Assembly (NCBI GenBank): GCA_964400545.1
Contig: CAYNUG010000004.1
Coordinates: 1-50,631, forward strand
DNA length: 50,631 bases
Source of the DNA: an uncultured Clostridia bacterium
Lineage (GTDB): Bacteria > Acidobacteriota > Aminicenantia > UBA2199
Direction: 5' to 3'
Numbering within the stretch: the stretch's first letter is position 1; each line of letters starts with the position of its first letter. Of this stretch, positions 11,579 through 21,748 are shown in pieces. The notes under the pieces were generated by a model. That model saw only the letters and a program-made list of their open reading frames with translations, did no database searches and was not told the DNA's origin. The translations under genes and the position numbers were made by a program.

Positions 11579-13371
11579 TAGACAAAATAAGAAATTTTTC
11601 AATAATCGCCCATATCGATCACGGAAAGACCACACTCTCAGACAGAATTCTTGAGATCACCGGGGCAGTTGCAAAAAGAGAAATGCAGGAACAACTCCTC
11701 GACTCAATGGAACTCGAGAGGGAGAGGGGAATAACGATCAAATCACATTTTGTAAGTTTGAAGTATAAATATAAAGATGGACAAGAATACATGCTGAATT
11801 TGATCGATACGCCCGGTCATATCGACTTCAATTATGAAGTTTCAAGATCGCTCTCCGCATGCGAGGGAGCGCTCCTGGTCATTGATTCCACCCAGGGTGT
11901 TGAAGCTCAAACCGTTGCAAATACTTATCTGGCAATTGAAAATGACCTTACTCTCATCCCGGTAATGAACAAAATTGACCTTCCTAATAATGAACTTGAG
12001 AAATCCCTCGATCAGATGGAAAATGTGATCGGGATCTCAAGAGATGAAGCATTGAATGTTAGTGCCAAGACCGGAGAGGGAGTTAAAGAAACTCTCGATG
12101 CGATCATAGAGAGGATACCGCCCCCACAGGGAGATCCCTCCAAACCGCTTAAAGCAATGATATTTGATTCCTGGTTCGACCCTTACAGGGGCGTCATAGT
12201 TCTTGTCCGTATCATTGACGGGGTACTTAACAAAGGTGAGAAAATAAAGTTCCTTTCAAATAATGCTATATATGAAATAAATGAACTTGGTGTCCAGACA
12301 CCAAAAGCAAAACCGCTGAAACACTTGTCAGCCGGGGAAGTAGGATACCTGATAGGAAGTGTTAAAAATATATCGGAAATAAAAATAGGTGATACGATAA
12401 CACTGTCAAAGGAAGAAAATGTTAAAGCACTGCCGGGATTCAAAGAGCCCCTGCCCATGGTATTTGCAGGTTTTTATCCCGGTGAAGGCTCCAATCATGA
12501 TGAATTGAGGGAAGCGATAGAGAAGTTGACTCTGAACGATTCATCCCTGAAATTTGAACCTGAAACATCACCTGCACTCGGAATAGGATTCAGATGCGGT
12601 TTTCTGGGACTTCTGCATAAAGAGATAATCCAGGAGAGGTTGGAAAGAGAATACAATCTTGCTATTGTAACAACATCTCCATCTGTCCGTTATAAAGTAA
12701 CTACAACAAAAGGTGAATCTTATGAGATAGAATCACCCGGAGCTCTCCCTGATCCTCAAAATCTTGCCATGATTGAAGAACCCTATATCGAAGCTATTAT
12801 AATCACACCCGATGAATACCTCGGTAATATTATGAAAATCCTCCAGAACAGAAGAGGGATTCATAAAAAAATGGATTACATAAGTTCACAGCGGGTTCAC
12901 CTGACCTACCAGCTTCCTCTGGCAGAGGTTCTTTATGACTTTTTCAACAAGATCAAATCGGTCTCTCAGGGATATGCTTCATTTGATTATGAATTGATCG
13001 ACTACAGACAATCCCCTCTTGTAAAACTTGATATACTTATTAATGGAGACCGGGTTGATGCTCTTGCCCTTATCGTTCACAAGGACAAGGCTTTCTCTTT
13101 CGGAAATCTCCTTACATCCAAAATGAAAAAAGTGATCCCAAGGCAGATGTTCGAAGTTGTTATTCAAGCTGCTATTAATAAAAGAGTTATAGCAAAAACA
13201 GTTGTTAAGGCATTGAGGAAAAATGTTCTGGCAAAATGTTACGGCGGGGATATTTCAAGAAAGATGAAACTTCTGGAAAAGCAAAAGAAAGGTAAGAAGA
13301 GGATGAAACGAATAGGGAAAGTTGATATACCTCAGGAGGCTTTCCTTGCAGCTCTTGAACTTGACGAGTGA
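11575..13371 (+). CDS. lepA: Translation elongation factor 4
   Basis: [64 protein letters not shown]. Confidence 0.99.
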   Translation: MIDKIRNFSIIAHIDHGKTTLSDRILEITGAVAKREMQEQLLDSMELERERGITIKSHFVSLKYKYKDGQEYMLNLIDTPGHIDFNYEVSRSLSACEGALLVIDSTQGVEAQTVANTYLAIENDLTLIPVMNKIDLPNNELEKSLDQMENVIGISRDEALNVSAKTGEGVKETLDAIIERIPPPQGDPSKPLKAMIFDSWFDPYRGVIVLVRIIDGVLNKGEKIKFLSNNAIYEINELGVQTPKAKPLKHLSAGEVGYLIGSVKNISEIKIGDTITLSKEENVKALPGFKEPLPMVFAGFYPGEGSNHDELREAIEKLTLNDSSLKFEPETSPALGIGFRCGFLGLLHKEIIQERLEREYNLAIVTTSPSVRYKVTTTKGESYEIESPGALPDPQNLAMIEEPYIEAIIITPDEYLGNIMKILQNRRGIHKKMDYISSQRVHLTYQLPLAEVLYDFFNKIKSVSQGYASFDYELIDYRQSPLVKLDILINGDRVDALALIVHKDKAFSFGNLLTSKMKKVIPRQMFEVVIQAAINKRVIAKTVVKALRKNVLAKCYGGDISRKMKLLEKQKKGKKRMKRIGKVDIPQEAFLAALELDE

Positions 13372-13392
13372 TCCATAAATAAAATAAAGGAG

Positions 13393-14778
13393 TTGACCAT
13401 GAGTGATGAAATTAAGAAAGAGACCTTTCCACACAGTTTCTGGACCGCCAATATGACCGAATTATTTGAAAGGGGCGCATATTATGCGATGGCAAGTTTT
13501 GTTGTTCTTTACCTCGGACAATTGGGACTTGGCGACTACTGGCCGAGTACTTTGAACGGATTATTATGGACCCTTGTATATTTTTTACCTATTCTATCCG
13601 GAACAATTGCAGATCATATAGGTTTTAAAAAATCATTGCTCGCCGCATTCGTCCTTCTCTCAGCAGGATATATGCTTATGGGTTACCCTGTCTGGTTCGG
13701 CGGGAATGTACTAAGATCCACAGTTGAAAGTGAAGTGACCGCCGGTCTTGGGATAGTTCTTCCTGTTGTCTTTGCAATTCTTCTGATCGGATTAGGCGGA
13801 TCGGTCATAAAACCCTGTATCTCAGGAACAATTCAGAAAACATCCGGAAAAAGGGCGACCCTTGCTTTCGGAATATTCTATATGATCATCAATGTTGGTT
13901 CACTATTCGGAAGAGGTGTCAGTTATTTTGTCAGGACAGAATTTAATAACCTGAGTTTCATCTTTGCAGTGTCTGTCGCATGTTCAATACTCGCATTTTT
14001 TGTTGTATTGTTCTTCTATACTGACACAGAAAAAGAGCTTGGGACAAATATTGAAAAGAAACAGAAGAAATCAGTCAGGAAGATCCTTCTTGACATGGTC
14101 CTCGTCTTAAAGAATAAAAGATTCGCTCTGTTCCTTATCGTATCAAGCGGATTCTTCTTTATTTATTCTCAAGTATATAACGTAATACCTCTATATCTTA
14201 AAAAAGTAGTTGAACTTGATCCTGCCGTAGATTTGATCACAATGGCGAATCCATTTGTGATAGTCTTTTTTCAGTTATTAATAACAAAAAAATTCGGAAA
14301 GCTTAAACCGATAAATTCAATAATAGTAGGTATAATAATAATCGGACTTGCAATGGTCATAAACCTTGCCCCGATATTCATGGCTGGAGGAGTCACGAAA
14401 ATGGTCCTCGGTGATTTCATTCCGATAGGATCACTTTTCGCTGTTCTTACAGTTGGGATGATCGCATTCGGTGAACTTTTCACTTCAGCAAGGACCTATG
14501 AATATATCGGAGCTCTTGCTCCCAAAGGACAGGAAGGACTTTTCCTCGGATATGCAAATCTTCCGGTGGCAATAGGAGCATTGATAGGCGGTCCTGCAGG
14601 AGCATATATCTTTAACGGAATAATGTGTACAAATTCTACAAAACTTCCGTCCGGATTATTGGAATTGAACCCATTCTGGAATTCAATGGGCTGGGTGATA
14701 TTGATGACAATAGGACTAGTATCCGCATTCAGTATGTGGCTCTATAACAGGTGGCTTACAGCAAACCCAGTGAAGTGA
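13393..14778 (+). CDS. MFS transporter, proton-dependent oligopeptide (POT/PTR)-like
   Basis: ELFERGAYY (ExxERxxYY), KPCISG, FYMIINVGS; about 12-14 TMs. Confidence 0.85.
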   Translation: MTMSDEIKKETFPHSFWTANMTELFERGAYYAMASFVVLYLGQLGLGDYWPSTLNGLLWTLVYFLPILSGTIADHIGFKKSLLAAFVLLSAGYMLMGYPVWFGGNVLRSTVESEVTAGLGIVLPVVFAILLIGLGGSVIKPCISGTIQKTSGKRATLAFGIFYMIINVGSLFGRGVSYFVRTEFNNLSFIFAVSVACSILAFFVVLFFYTDTEKELGTNIEKKQKKSVRKILLDMVLVLKNKRFALFLIVSSGFFFIYSQVYNVIPLYLKKVVELDPAVDLITMANPFVIVFFQLLITKKFGKLKPINSIIVGIIIIGLAMVINLAPIFMAGGVTKMVLGDFIPIGSLFAVLTVGMIAFGELFTSARTYEYIGALAPKGQEGLFLGYANLPVAIGALIGGPAGAYIFNGIMCTNSTKLPSGLLELNPFWNSMGWVILMTIGLVSAFSMWLYNRWLTANPVK

Positions 14779-14804
14779 AATAGGTCGTTTTTGACACAAT
14801 GGTT

Positions 14805-16301
14805 TTAACCGTTTGCTTTGATCAACTTCCGTCTTTTCAGAAAAGATTCGATCAGAGATTTGAATGAGAGGAACGCAATAAACAGGTAACCGTATTGGAA
14901 CAACAAAAGGAACGGGAGTACAAGCCACATATGATTAATAAATGCAATATATACTGCAATTGAAAAATAGACACCCATAATAAATTCTATGGAGGGAATA
15001 AGCAATTTCCTTTTCGCACGATATTTCTTTTTTGTCCAGTTCTCACCTCCGCTCTCGACACCGAACTTTGGCGTTCTTACAAATTCGGTCTTGTAGTTAA
15101 AAAGAGCCTCGAGTACTGCAACAGAATTGTTTACCGATAATCCGATACCGAGTCCCATTAAAAAAGGGAGGTATTTAAATGTGCCTTTCCAAGACGGGAA
15201 AATATACTTTTGTGATAGCAGATAAAAAGCCGATATTGATGTTGTGGCAAGAAGAAACAGAGGAATATCAACTATCAGCCATTTACCCCAATCAAGCTCT
15301 GTACGAACAATTATCAGGGGAAGTATCAGCAATGAAAATGGTATCATTACAAGATAATTTAAATTTCCCGCAAGATGAAATACCGATTCTATTTTCACCT
15401 TGAGGGGATAGTCTGACCTGAATATATCGCCAAGAAGTTTTTTCGCTGTCTGGATAGAACCTTTTGCCCATCTGTGCTGCTGGCTTTTAAATGCAATTAT
15501 ATCAACCGGTAACTCCGCAGGAACCTCATACATAGGAAGATAGATGAACTTCCAGTCCTTCATCTGCGCTCTATAGCTCAGGTCAAGATCTTCTGTTAAT
15601 GTATCGTGCTGCCATCCACCGGCATCGATAATTGTCTTTTTTCTCCATATCCCTGCAGTTCCGTTGAAATTGAAAAAACGGCCTGTCCTGTTCCTTGCAG
15701 TATGCTCAATAACAAAATGACCGTCAAGAAAAATTGCCTGTAATTTTGTAAGGAGAGAATATTCCCTGTTCACATGTCCCCATCTCATCTGGATCATTCC
15801 GACTTTCTTGTCCGTAAAATAATGGATCGTTTTCTTTATAAATGAAGGGGTCGGTATAAAATCCGCATCAAAAACCGCAATAAATTCACCTTTTGCCTTT
15901 TCCATCCCCTTTTCAAGAGCCCCGGCTTTAAATCCTTCCCTGTTGGTCCTGTGAATATAATGAATATCAAAACCTTCTTTCCTGTAGTGATCGACCCGGG
16001 ATTTCGCTATTTGAACTGTCTCATCAGTAGAATCATCCAACACCTGTATCTCTAATAATTCTTTCGGATAATCGGTCTTGACGATACTATCGATCAACCG
16101 CTCCACAACATACATTTCATTGAAAAGCGGGAGTTGAACAGTGACGGGCGGAAGTGATTTGAACTTTTTTTCAGGCACTTCTTTATCATTCAGCGTTTTT
16201 ATAAAAAGAAATGCAAGATAATAACGATGGCTACCATAAATTGACAGAAAGGCAAGCAGCACGAAATATAAGATTATTAGAGTATAATTAAAATCGTTCA
16301 A
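14805..16301 (-). CDS. Processive glycosyltransferase family 2 (cellulose synthase/CslA-like)
   Basis: TVQLPLFNE, QVLDDS, GFKAGAL, FDADF, TLTEDLDLS, QQHRWAKG; TTG start uncertain. Confidence 0.92.
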   Translation of the reverse strand: MNDFNYTLIILYFVLLAFLSIYGSHRYYLAFLFIKTLNDKEVPEKKFKSLPPVTVQLPLFNEMYVVERLIDSIVKTDYPKELLEIQVLDDSTDETVQIAKSRVDHYRKEGFDIHYIHRTNREGFKAGALEKGMEKAKGEFIAVFDADFIPTPSFIKKTIHYFTDKKVGMIQMRWGHVNREYSLLTKLQAIFLDGHFVIEHTARNRTGRFFNFNGTAGIWRKKTIIDAGGWQHDTLTEDLDLSYRAQMKDWKFIYLPMYEVPAELPVDIIAFKSQQHRWAKGSIQTAKKLLGDIFRSDYPLKVKIESVFHLAGNLNYLVMIPFSLLILPLIIVRTELDWGKWLIVDIPLFLLATTSISAFYLLSQKYIFPSWKGTFKYLPFLMGLGIGLSVNNSVAVLEALFNYKTEFVRTPKFGVESGGENWTKKKYRAKRKLLIPSIEFIMGVYFSIAVYIAFINHMWLVLPFLLLFQYGYLFIAFLSFKSLIESFLKRRKLIKANG

Positions 16302-16430
16302 TGTAGTGTTTCCAATAAATATTGTAAGGTTTATATTACCTCATTCTTTTATATAATTCAAGTCCCTAAAGGTCAAACTGATATAAAACAAGTACTGCAA
16401 TTATCATATATTTTTTCTTTTCAAAGTGTG

Positions 16431-16526
16431 ATGGGGAACAATGAACTCCCGGGATGGATAGCTCACTTTATGATAGGTATAGTTCTCGCATTCATATTTG
16501 CGTCAGTATTTTATAAAAAATTCTAA
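16431..16526 (+). pseudogene. 31-codon membrane ORF or gene remnant (MGNNELPGWIAHFMIGIVLAFIFASVFYKKF)
   Basis: Read manually, below the track cutoff; one TM helix with a GWxxHFMIG pattern I recall from larger uncharacterised membrane proteins; no RBS. Confidence 0.4.
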
Positions 16527-16593
16527 TTTTTATTGAATAGAAAAAATGGAGGGAGTAGAATTTAATAGATATAATACCATAGGAGGTGTCATC

Positions 16594-19242
16594 ATGATTC
16601 ATAGATCATATAAGTCTTTTTTGATCATTACCATCATTTTATTCTCAACCACATTGTTACTGCTTCCACAGGAAGAAGTTGTTAAGAATACAGATCCCGG
16701 ACTTAGGCTGAAGTGGTATGCCGAACATGAGGCTATGAAGAAAGACTCCATATTCAAAAACCTCCCATGGCAATTTTTGGGACCACTTAATGTCAGTGGG
16801 CGAATGACTGATGTCGAAGTTATTGTTCCAAAGGGAAAAAACTATTCTATCTATATTGCAGCAGCTTCCGGAGGTGTCTGGAAAACTCAAAATGAAGGTA
16901 CCACATGGGAACCTGTTTTTGAGAACAAAGCTTCAACATCGATCGGGAATATTGCCATCGCTCCTTCCGATCAAAAAACGATCTGGGTTGGAACGGGAGA
17001 AGCAAATATCTACCGGAGTTCACAAACCGGAGCGGGGATCTATAAATCTACTGACGGAGGAAAAACCTGGCAACATATGGGCCTTACCGATACAAATACA
17101 ATCTCAAAGATCATTATTCACCCGAAAAATCCCGACATAGTATACGTGGCAGCTTCCGGGCATGAGTGGACCGACAACTCTGCAAGAGGACTATATAAAA
17201 CTTCTGATGGGGGTAAAACCTGGGAGAAGATCAAATTCATTAACGGCAGGACAGGAGCAATAGATCTCGTTATGGACCTTTCAAACCCCGACACCCTATA
17301 TGTTTCATTCTGGCAGAGAATAAGAAGAAAATGGAATGATCCAAGAATAGAAAAAGGATATAAATGGAGCGGATTATACAGAACAAATAATGGCGGGAAG
17401 AACTGGACAGAGATCAATAAAGGGCTTCCTGAAGCAAAATACAGAGGAAGGATCGGCATCGATCTATGCAGGGCAAAACCAAATATTCTATATGCTTTTA
17501 TTGATAACTATGAGATAGCCGGAGAGTGGGAACCCGGAGACTTCGACACTTACGGAAGACCCAAAGGAGGAAAGATAAAGGGTGCAACCGTATTTAGAAG
17601 TGATAATTCCGGATCATCATGGAAACGGGTTAGTGAAGAGAACGGATATATGGAAAATCTTTCCAATACATATGGATGGGTCTTCGGTCAGATCAGAGTT
17701 GACCCCAACAACGAGAACAGGATTTACGTGATGGGACTTGCCCTGAATGTTTCAGAAAACGGTGGGAAAACTTTTCATCCCATAGGTCGTCAGCACGGAG
17801 ACCACCACGGACTGTGGATAGATCCTGATAATTCTGATTATCTCGTTAACGTTAACGATGGAGGGCTTGCCATCTCTTATGACGGAGGAAAGCATTTCAG
17901 GACCTTTGCCAACAGACTTCCTCTCGCTCAATTTTTCAATGTAAATTATGATATGGGGAAACCCTTCCGTGTGTACGGTTCTGTTCAAGATCATGGAAGT
18001 TACAAAGCGATAGTCGATACAAGCCGTGGAAGGTTTAATATCCCGGCACAGAAATGGGAGAATGCCCCGGGAGGAGAAGGTAGCAATCATGCTATTGACC
18101 CCACAGATGCAAATACTGTCTATTCCGCAGGGTTTTATGGAACACTGATGAGGACAGATATAAAAAATGACAAAACAAAGGTCATAGTTCCCAAATCAGA
18201 GAAAGACAAAGAGAAGTTCAGAGGGCAATGGCTAGCTCCATTTATCTTATCACCTCACGATCCGAAAGTTATCTATCACGGAATGAACTACATCTTCAAA
18301 TCTTCCGATAGGGGTGAAACATGGAAAAAGATCAGTCCTGATCTCTCCTATAACAAAAAGGACATGAAAGGGGACATCCCATATCAAACTATCTTTGCAA
18401 TTTCAGAATCACCTCTGAAAGCAGGTTTCATATATGCCGGAACAGATGACGGAAGGGTATGGTTCACGGATAATGATGGGAAGAACTGGAAGAATATTAC
18501 CGGCGATCTTCCATATAGAAAGTGGGTCTCAAGGATCGTTGCCTCTCAATATGACCTCGGGACCGTATATCTTACTCAGAACGGGAAAAGGGATGATGAT
18601 TTCACTCCCTACATCTGGAGATCAACAAACTTCGGTAACACCTGGGAAAGTATTGTTTCCAATATCCCTACAGGACCTGTTAATGTTATAAGAGAAGATC
18701 CTTCAGACAAAAATATACTATATCTGGGTACAGACTTCGGAGTATATGTATCCCTGAATGCCGGAAAGAAATGGCATACTCTCATGAACAACCTGCCTAC
18801 AACATATGTTCAGGACCTTGTCGTACATCCCAGGGAAGATATTCTGATTGCTGCAACTCACGGTAGAGGGATGTATGCCATCGACATCAGATACATTCAG
18901 GAAATGGCAAAAACAGGATTAAACAATGACCTTTTCTTATTCCCGCCTGAGAATGCAAAACTGCCGAAATGGAGAATGTGGTATTGGGCAGGAAAGAAAC
19001 CGGGTAATTTCGGGTTCTGGCTGAATAGTGATGCAAAAGTAAAGATCGTGATCACCGGTCATGATGGCAAAACCGTAAGGTCGATTGTATCCAACGGAAT
19101 AAAGGGATTCAATTTTATAAAATGGGACCTGAGACCGGATAAGCCGGAAAAGAAAAATCCTTTTGTGATATCTGGAATATACAAAGTGAAAATAACTGCA
19201 GGAAAATTTTCATCCGAATGCTCTATTGAAGTAAAAAAATAA
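16594..19242 (+). CDS. Secreted VPS10/BNR-repeat beta-propeller protein (glycosyl hydrolase-like) with C-terminal FlgD-like Ig domain
   Basis: Many S/TxDGGxTW Asp-boxes, signal peptide, AGGAGG RBS before ATG 16594. Confidence 0.88.
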   Translation: MIHRSYKSFLIITIILFSTTLLLLPQEEVVKNTDPGLRLKWYAEHEAMKKDSIFKNLPWQFLGPLNVSGRMTDVEVIVPKGKNYSIYIAAASGGVWKTQNEGTTWEPVFENKASTSIGNIAIAPSDQKTIWVGTGEANIYRSSQTGAGIYKSTDGGKTWQHMGLTDTNTISKIIIHPKNPDIVYVAASGHEWTDNSARGLYKTSDGGKTWEKIKFINGRTGAIDLVMDLSNPDTLYVSFWQRIRRKWNDPRIEKGYKWSGLYRTNNGGKNWTEINKGLPEAKYRGRIGIDLCRAKPNILYAFIDNYEIAGEWEPGDFDTYGRPKGGKIKGATVFRSDNSGSSWKRVSEENGYMENLSNTYGWVFGQIRVDPNNENRIYVMGLALNVSENGGKTFHPIGRQHGDHHGLWIDPDNSDYLVNVNDGGLAISYDGGKHFRTFANRLPLAQFFNVNYDMGKPFRVYGSVQDHGSYKAIVDTSRGRFNIPAQKWENAPGGEGSNHAIDPTDANTVYSAGFYGTLMRTDIKNDKTKVIVPKSEKDKEKFRGQWLAPFILSPHDPKVIYHGMNYIFKSSDRGETWKKISPDLSYNKKDMKGDIPYQTIFAISESPLKAGFIYAGTDDGRVWFTDNDGKNWKNITGDLPYRKWVSRIVASQYDLGTVYLTQNGKRDDDFTPYIWRSTNFGNTWESIVSNIPTGPVNVIREDPSDKNILYLGTDFGVYVSLNAGKKWHTLMNNLPTTYVQDLVVHPREDILIAATHGRGMYAIDIRYIQEMAKTGLNNDLFLFPPENAKLPKWRMWYWAGKKPGNFGFWLNSDAKVKIVITGHDGKTVRSIVSNGIKGFNFIKWDLRPDKPEKKNPFVISGIYKVKITAGKFSSECSIEVKK

Positions 19243-19266
19243 CAGACTATTCTCTTGATAATACTA

Positions 19267-19300
19267 GAGGTGAGTGGAGGAATGTTTCTCCACTCACCTC
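19267..19300. terminator. 13-bp perfect hairpin between convergent genes (bidirectional terminator candidate)
   Basis: GAGGTGAGTGGAG-gaatgttt-CTCCACTCACCTC. Confidence 0.65.
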
Positions 19301-19309
19301 CAGTGGGAA

Positions 19310-20413
19310 TTAAATAAACACCTCTTCTTCTTTTTCTTCTATTCTTTTCAGTTTTTCTTTAAGTTCTTTCTTCATGAGCTTATTCATTTTTTTCATTTCT
19401 ATTTCTTTTTTCATCATTATCTGTTTCATCTTTTCTTTCTCTTTTATCAACTTTAATTTTAACTTAAGGAGATTCCCATCCGAATCACGCCAAACTTTTA
19501 CATCCTCCATGATCTCAGGAACATTGATGGGAGCATTCTGAAAGTCAAAACGAAAAATATTATTACCCTTATCTCCGAAGAACATTGCACCGCCAAAAGA
19601 CCTCTCACCTAATTCTACTGTTATTTTTTTTACTTTCTTATGTCTAAGAATATTGAGAATGATCTTATCACCTTTTTTCTTTCCCATAATGGCCTTCGAA
19701 ACATCTCCCGGCCCTTTTATCATTTTCCCCTCAATTTTCAGAATAACATCACCGGAAAGAATTCCGGCCTTTTCAGCCGCACTTCCCTTTGTTACATTCA
19801 TGATCAGAGCACCACCGTCCTTTTTCACACCAAAGTATTTTGCAAAATTTTCATCCATTATCCTCATCTCAACGCCAAGATAAGCACCTTTTTTCATCTT
19901 GAAGTTTTTCAGTCCATTCAATTTCTCTAATTCTTTTAATTTTTTCAATTCACCATGAAGCTTATCTCCGAAGAACCGGAGCTTATTCCCTGCCTGATCT
20001 AAATATAACTCATTCATCTCCCACTTCCCGAGTACGACAGTGGCAGACATACCCTTTCCGTCCCTGACATATTTGATCTTCACTTTTGTGCCGGGGGCAC
20101 TTCTGCTTACAGCTTCAGCCACGTCATCAGGCCTGCGTGTCTTAATATCATCAATATACTGAATCACATCATATTTTTTCAATCCGGCTTTGAACGCAGC
20201 CTCATCTTTGGTAACACCCGTCACAAGGACACCGAATCTGACACCGAACTCTTCTCTGTCATCACCGGAAAGTTTCTCAATATTTACTCCGAGATACCCT
20301 TTCCCTTTCGATTTTCCCGCATAAGTCTGAACGGTTATCATCGCAAAAATCACAAGAAAAGCTAAAATGACCAAATGGACTTTCCCATATTGTTCCTTTT
20401 TTAAAAATTTCAT
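19310..20413 (-). CDS. Exported tandem-PDZ domain protein without protease domain
   Basis: Two GYLGV/AYLGV PDZ domains (AAFKAGLKKYDVI; AAEKAGILSGDVI), N-terminal signal/TM, GGAGG RBS before ATG 20413. Confidence 0.85.
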   Translation of the reverse strand: MKFLKKEQYGKVHLVILAFLVIFAMITVQTYAGKSKGKGYLGVNIEKLSGDDREEFGVRFGVLVTGVTKDEAAFKAGLKKYDVIQYIDDIKTRRPDDVAEAVSRSAPGTKVKIKYVRDGKGMSATVVLGKWEMNELYLDQAGNKLRFFGDKLHGELKKLKELEKLNGLKNFKMKKGAYLGVEMRIMDENFAKYFGVKKDGGALIMNVTKGSAAEKAGILSGDVILKIEGKMIKGPGDVSKAIMGKKKGDKIILNILRHKKVKKITVELGERSFGGAMFFGDKGNNIFRFDFQNAPINVPEIMEDVKVWRDSDGNLLKLKLKLIKEKEKMKQIMMKKEIEMKKMNKLMKKELKEKLKRIEEKEEEVFI

Positions 20414-20532
20414 AACTGCCTCCAATCTGTTTTTACTTCTTTAGACAACAGGAGAAATCAAAAAGTTTCAATCAGGGAATTTTTTCAGGATTATTTCAAG
20501 CTGAGATCGAACCGTAAATAATGGAACGGATA

Positions 20533-20838
20533 TCATTGTTTTTCAATTTTGACAAGCTCCTCTAAAAGTGAAGGATCGGATATCAACTTAAGTTTATCAT
20601 TTCTGGAAAGCTTTTTGATCCCTATTTCATATTTGAGAGCAAGGCTGTGTGATCCGGCATTTATTTTGAATACTATATCCAGAGGGCCTCTTCCTCTCAG
20701 ATATTTTGATCCCTTTCCGGAAACATGATCTTTGAACCTTTTTTCAATATTCTTTGTGATCCCGGTATAATAACTGCCGTCACCACCTTGAATAATATAT
20801 ATTACCCAATTGTCATGCGGTGAAGACTCTTCAGTCAT
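20533..20838 (-). CDS. GIY-YIG nuclease family protein (UPF0213/YhbQ-like)
   Basis: WVIYII...SYYTGITKNIEKRFKDH..GKGSKYLRGRGP, ALKYEIGIKKLSR. Confidence 0.92.
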   Translation of the reverse strand: MTEESSPHDNWVIYIIQGGDGSYYTGITKNIEKRFKDHVSGKGSKYLRGRGPLDIVFKINAGSHSLALKYEIGIKKLSRNDKLKLISDPSLLEELVKIEKQ

Positions 20839-21667
20839 CTATTATTCCGAGATCATCAATCTCTTCCCCTGATGCCCTGATCCTCGCAAGGATATCCGAA
20901 GCAATCTCTTCAATTGGTTTGTTTGTGACATCGATTACAGAACACTCATTGATGCCTCTGAATATCTTTCTCGCATATCTTAATTCTTCTGTAACATAAT
21001 CGATATCAGAATAATTCCCGGTGGAACCACCGAGATGGCTGTCACGAACACTTCTCAACTCGGATAAGTTTGTCGGATAAGTTGACAAACCGAACACATG
21101 AAGACCCTTCAGATCATAGATCATTTCCGGCGGTTCAATATTCAGAATTATAGGAACATTTGAAACTCTCCAGCCTTTGAAGGCAAGATATATACTGAGA
21201 GGAGTTTTAAATGTTCTCGATACACCGATAAGCACAACCTCGCCTTTATCAATTTCTTCAACCCTCTGCCCGTCATCATGTCTGAACGCAAATTCCATTG
21301 CCTCTATTCTTTGAAAATAGGCTCTGTTAAGCTTTCTGAACATTCCCGGAGTTTCAACAGGAGAATAATCAAGCTGACGGGAAAGCTGGGCAAGAAGAGG
21401 TCCCATAAGATCAATGGTCTCCACATCGTTCAGCCTCCCTAGTATCAGTATCCTGTCCCTCAATCTCTTGGATACAATGGTATGAACAACAAATCCCTTA
21501 TTCGCTTTGGCTTCCTCAATAATATCTTTGATCTCAGAACCCATATGAATATGAGAACGGATATTGATCTCAATATTCACCTTACCGAACTGAGCCATAG
21601 CGGACTGCAATGCACCTTTTGCCGTTTTTCCTGTCCCGTCCGAGATCACATATACTTGATGTTTCAT
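20831..21667 (-). CDS. ppsR: PEP synthase/pyruvate phosphate dikinase regulatory protein (kinase/pyrophosphorylase, DUF299)
   Basis: ISDGTGKTA, YFQRIEAMEFAFRHDDG, LIGVSRTFKTPLSIYLA, IDVTNKPIEEIA. Confidence 0.92.
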   Translation of the reverse strand: MKHQVYVISDGTGKTAKGALQSAMAQFGKVNIEINIRSHIHMGSEIKDIIEEAKANKGFVVHTIVSKRLRDRILILGRLNDVETIDLMGPLLAQLSRQLDYSPVETPGMFRKLNRAYFQRIEAMEFAFRHDDGQRVEEIDKGEVVLIGVSRTFKTPLSIYLAFKGWRVSNVPIILNIEPPEMIYDLKGLHVFGLSTYPTNLSELRSVRDSHLGGSTGNYSDIDYVTEELRYARKIFRGINECSVIDVTNKPIEEIASDILARIRASGEEIDDLGIIDD

Positions 21668-21748
21668 TTAATATTTCAATCCTAATCCCAAATACAAAAA
21701 AATTTCCTCAACAACAATAACAAATATAGATCATAATATAATATAAAT

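Noticed and set aside
20533-20838. GIY-YIG as a homing endonuclease or mobile intron
   Set aside because: Short stand-alone UPF0213-type protein overlapping ppsR, with no interrupted host gene.
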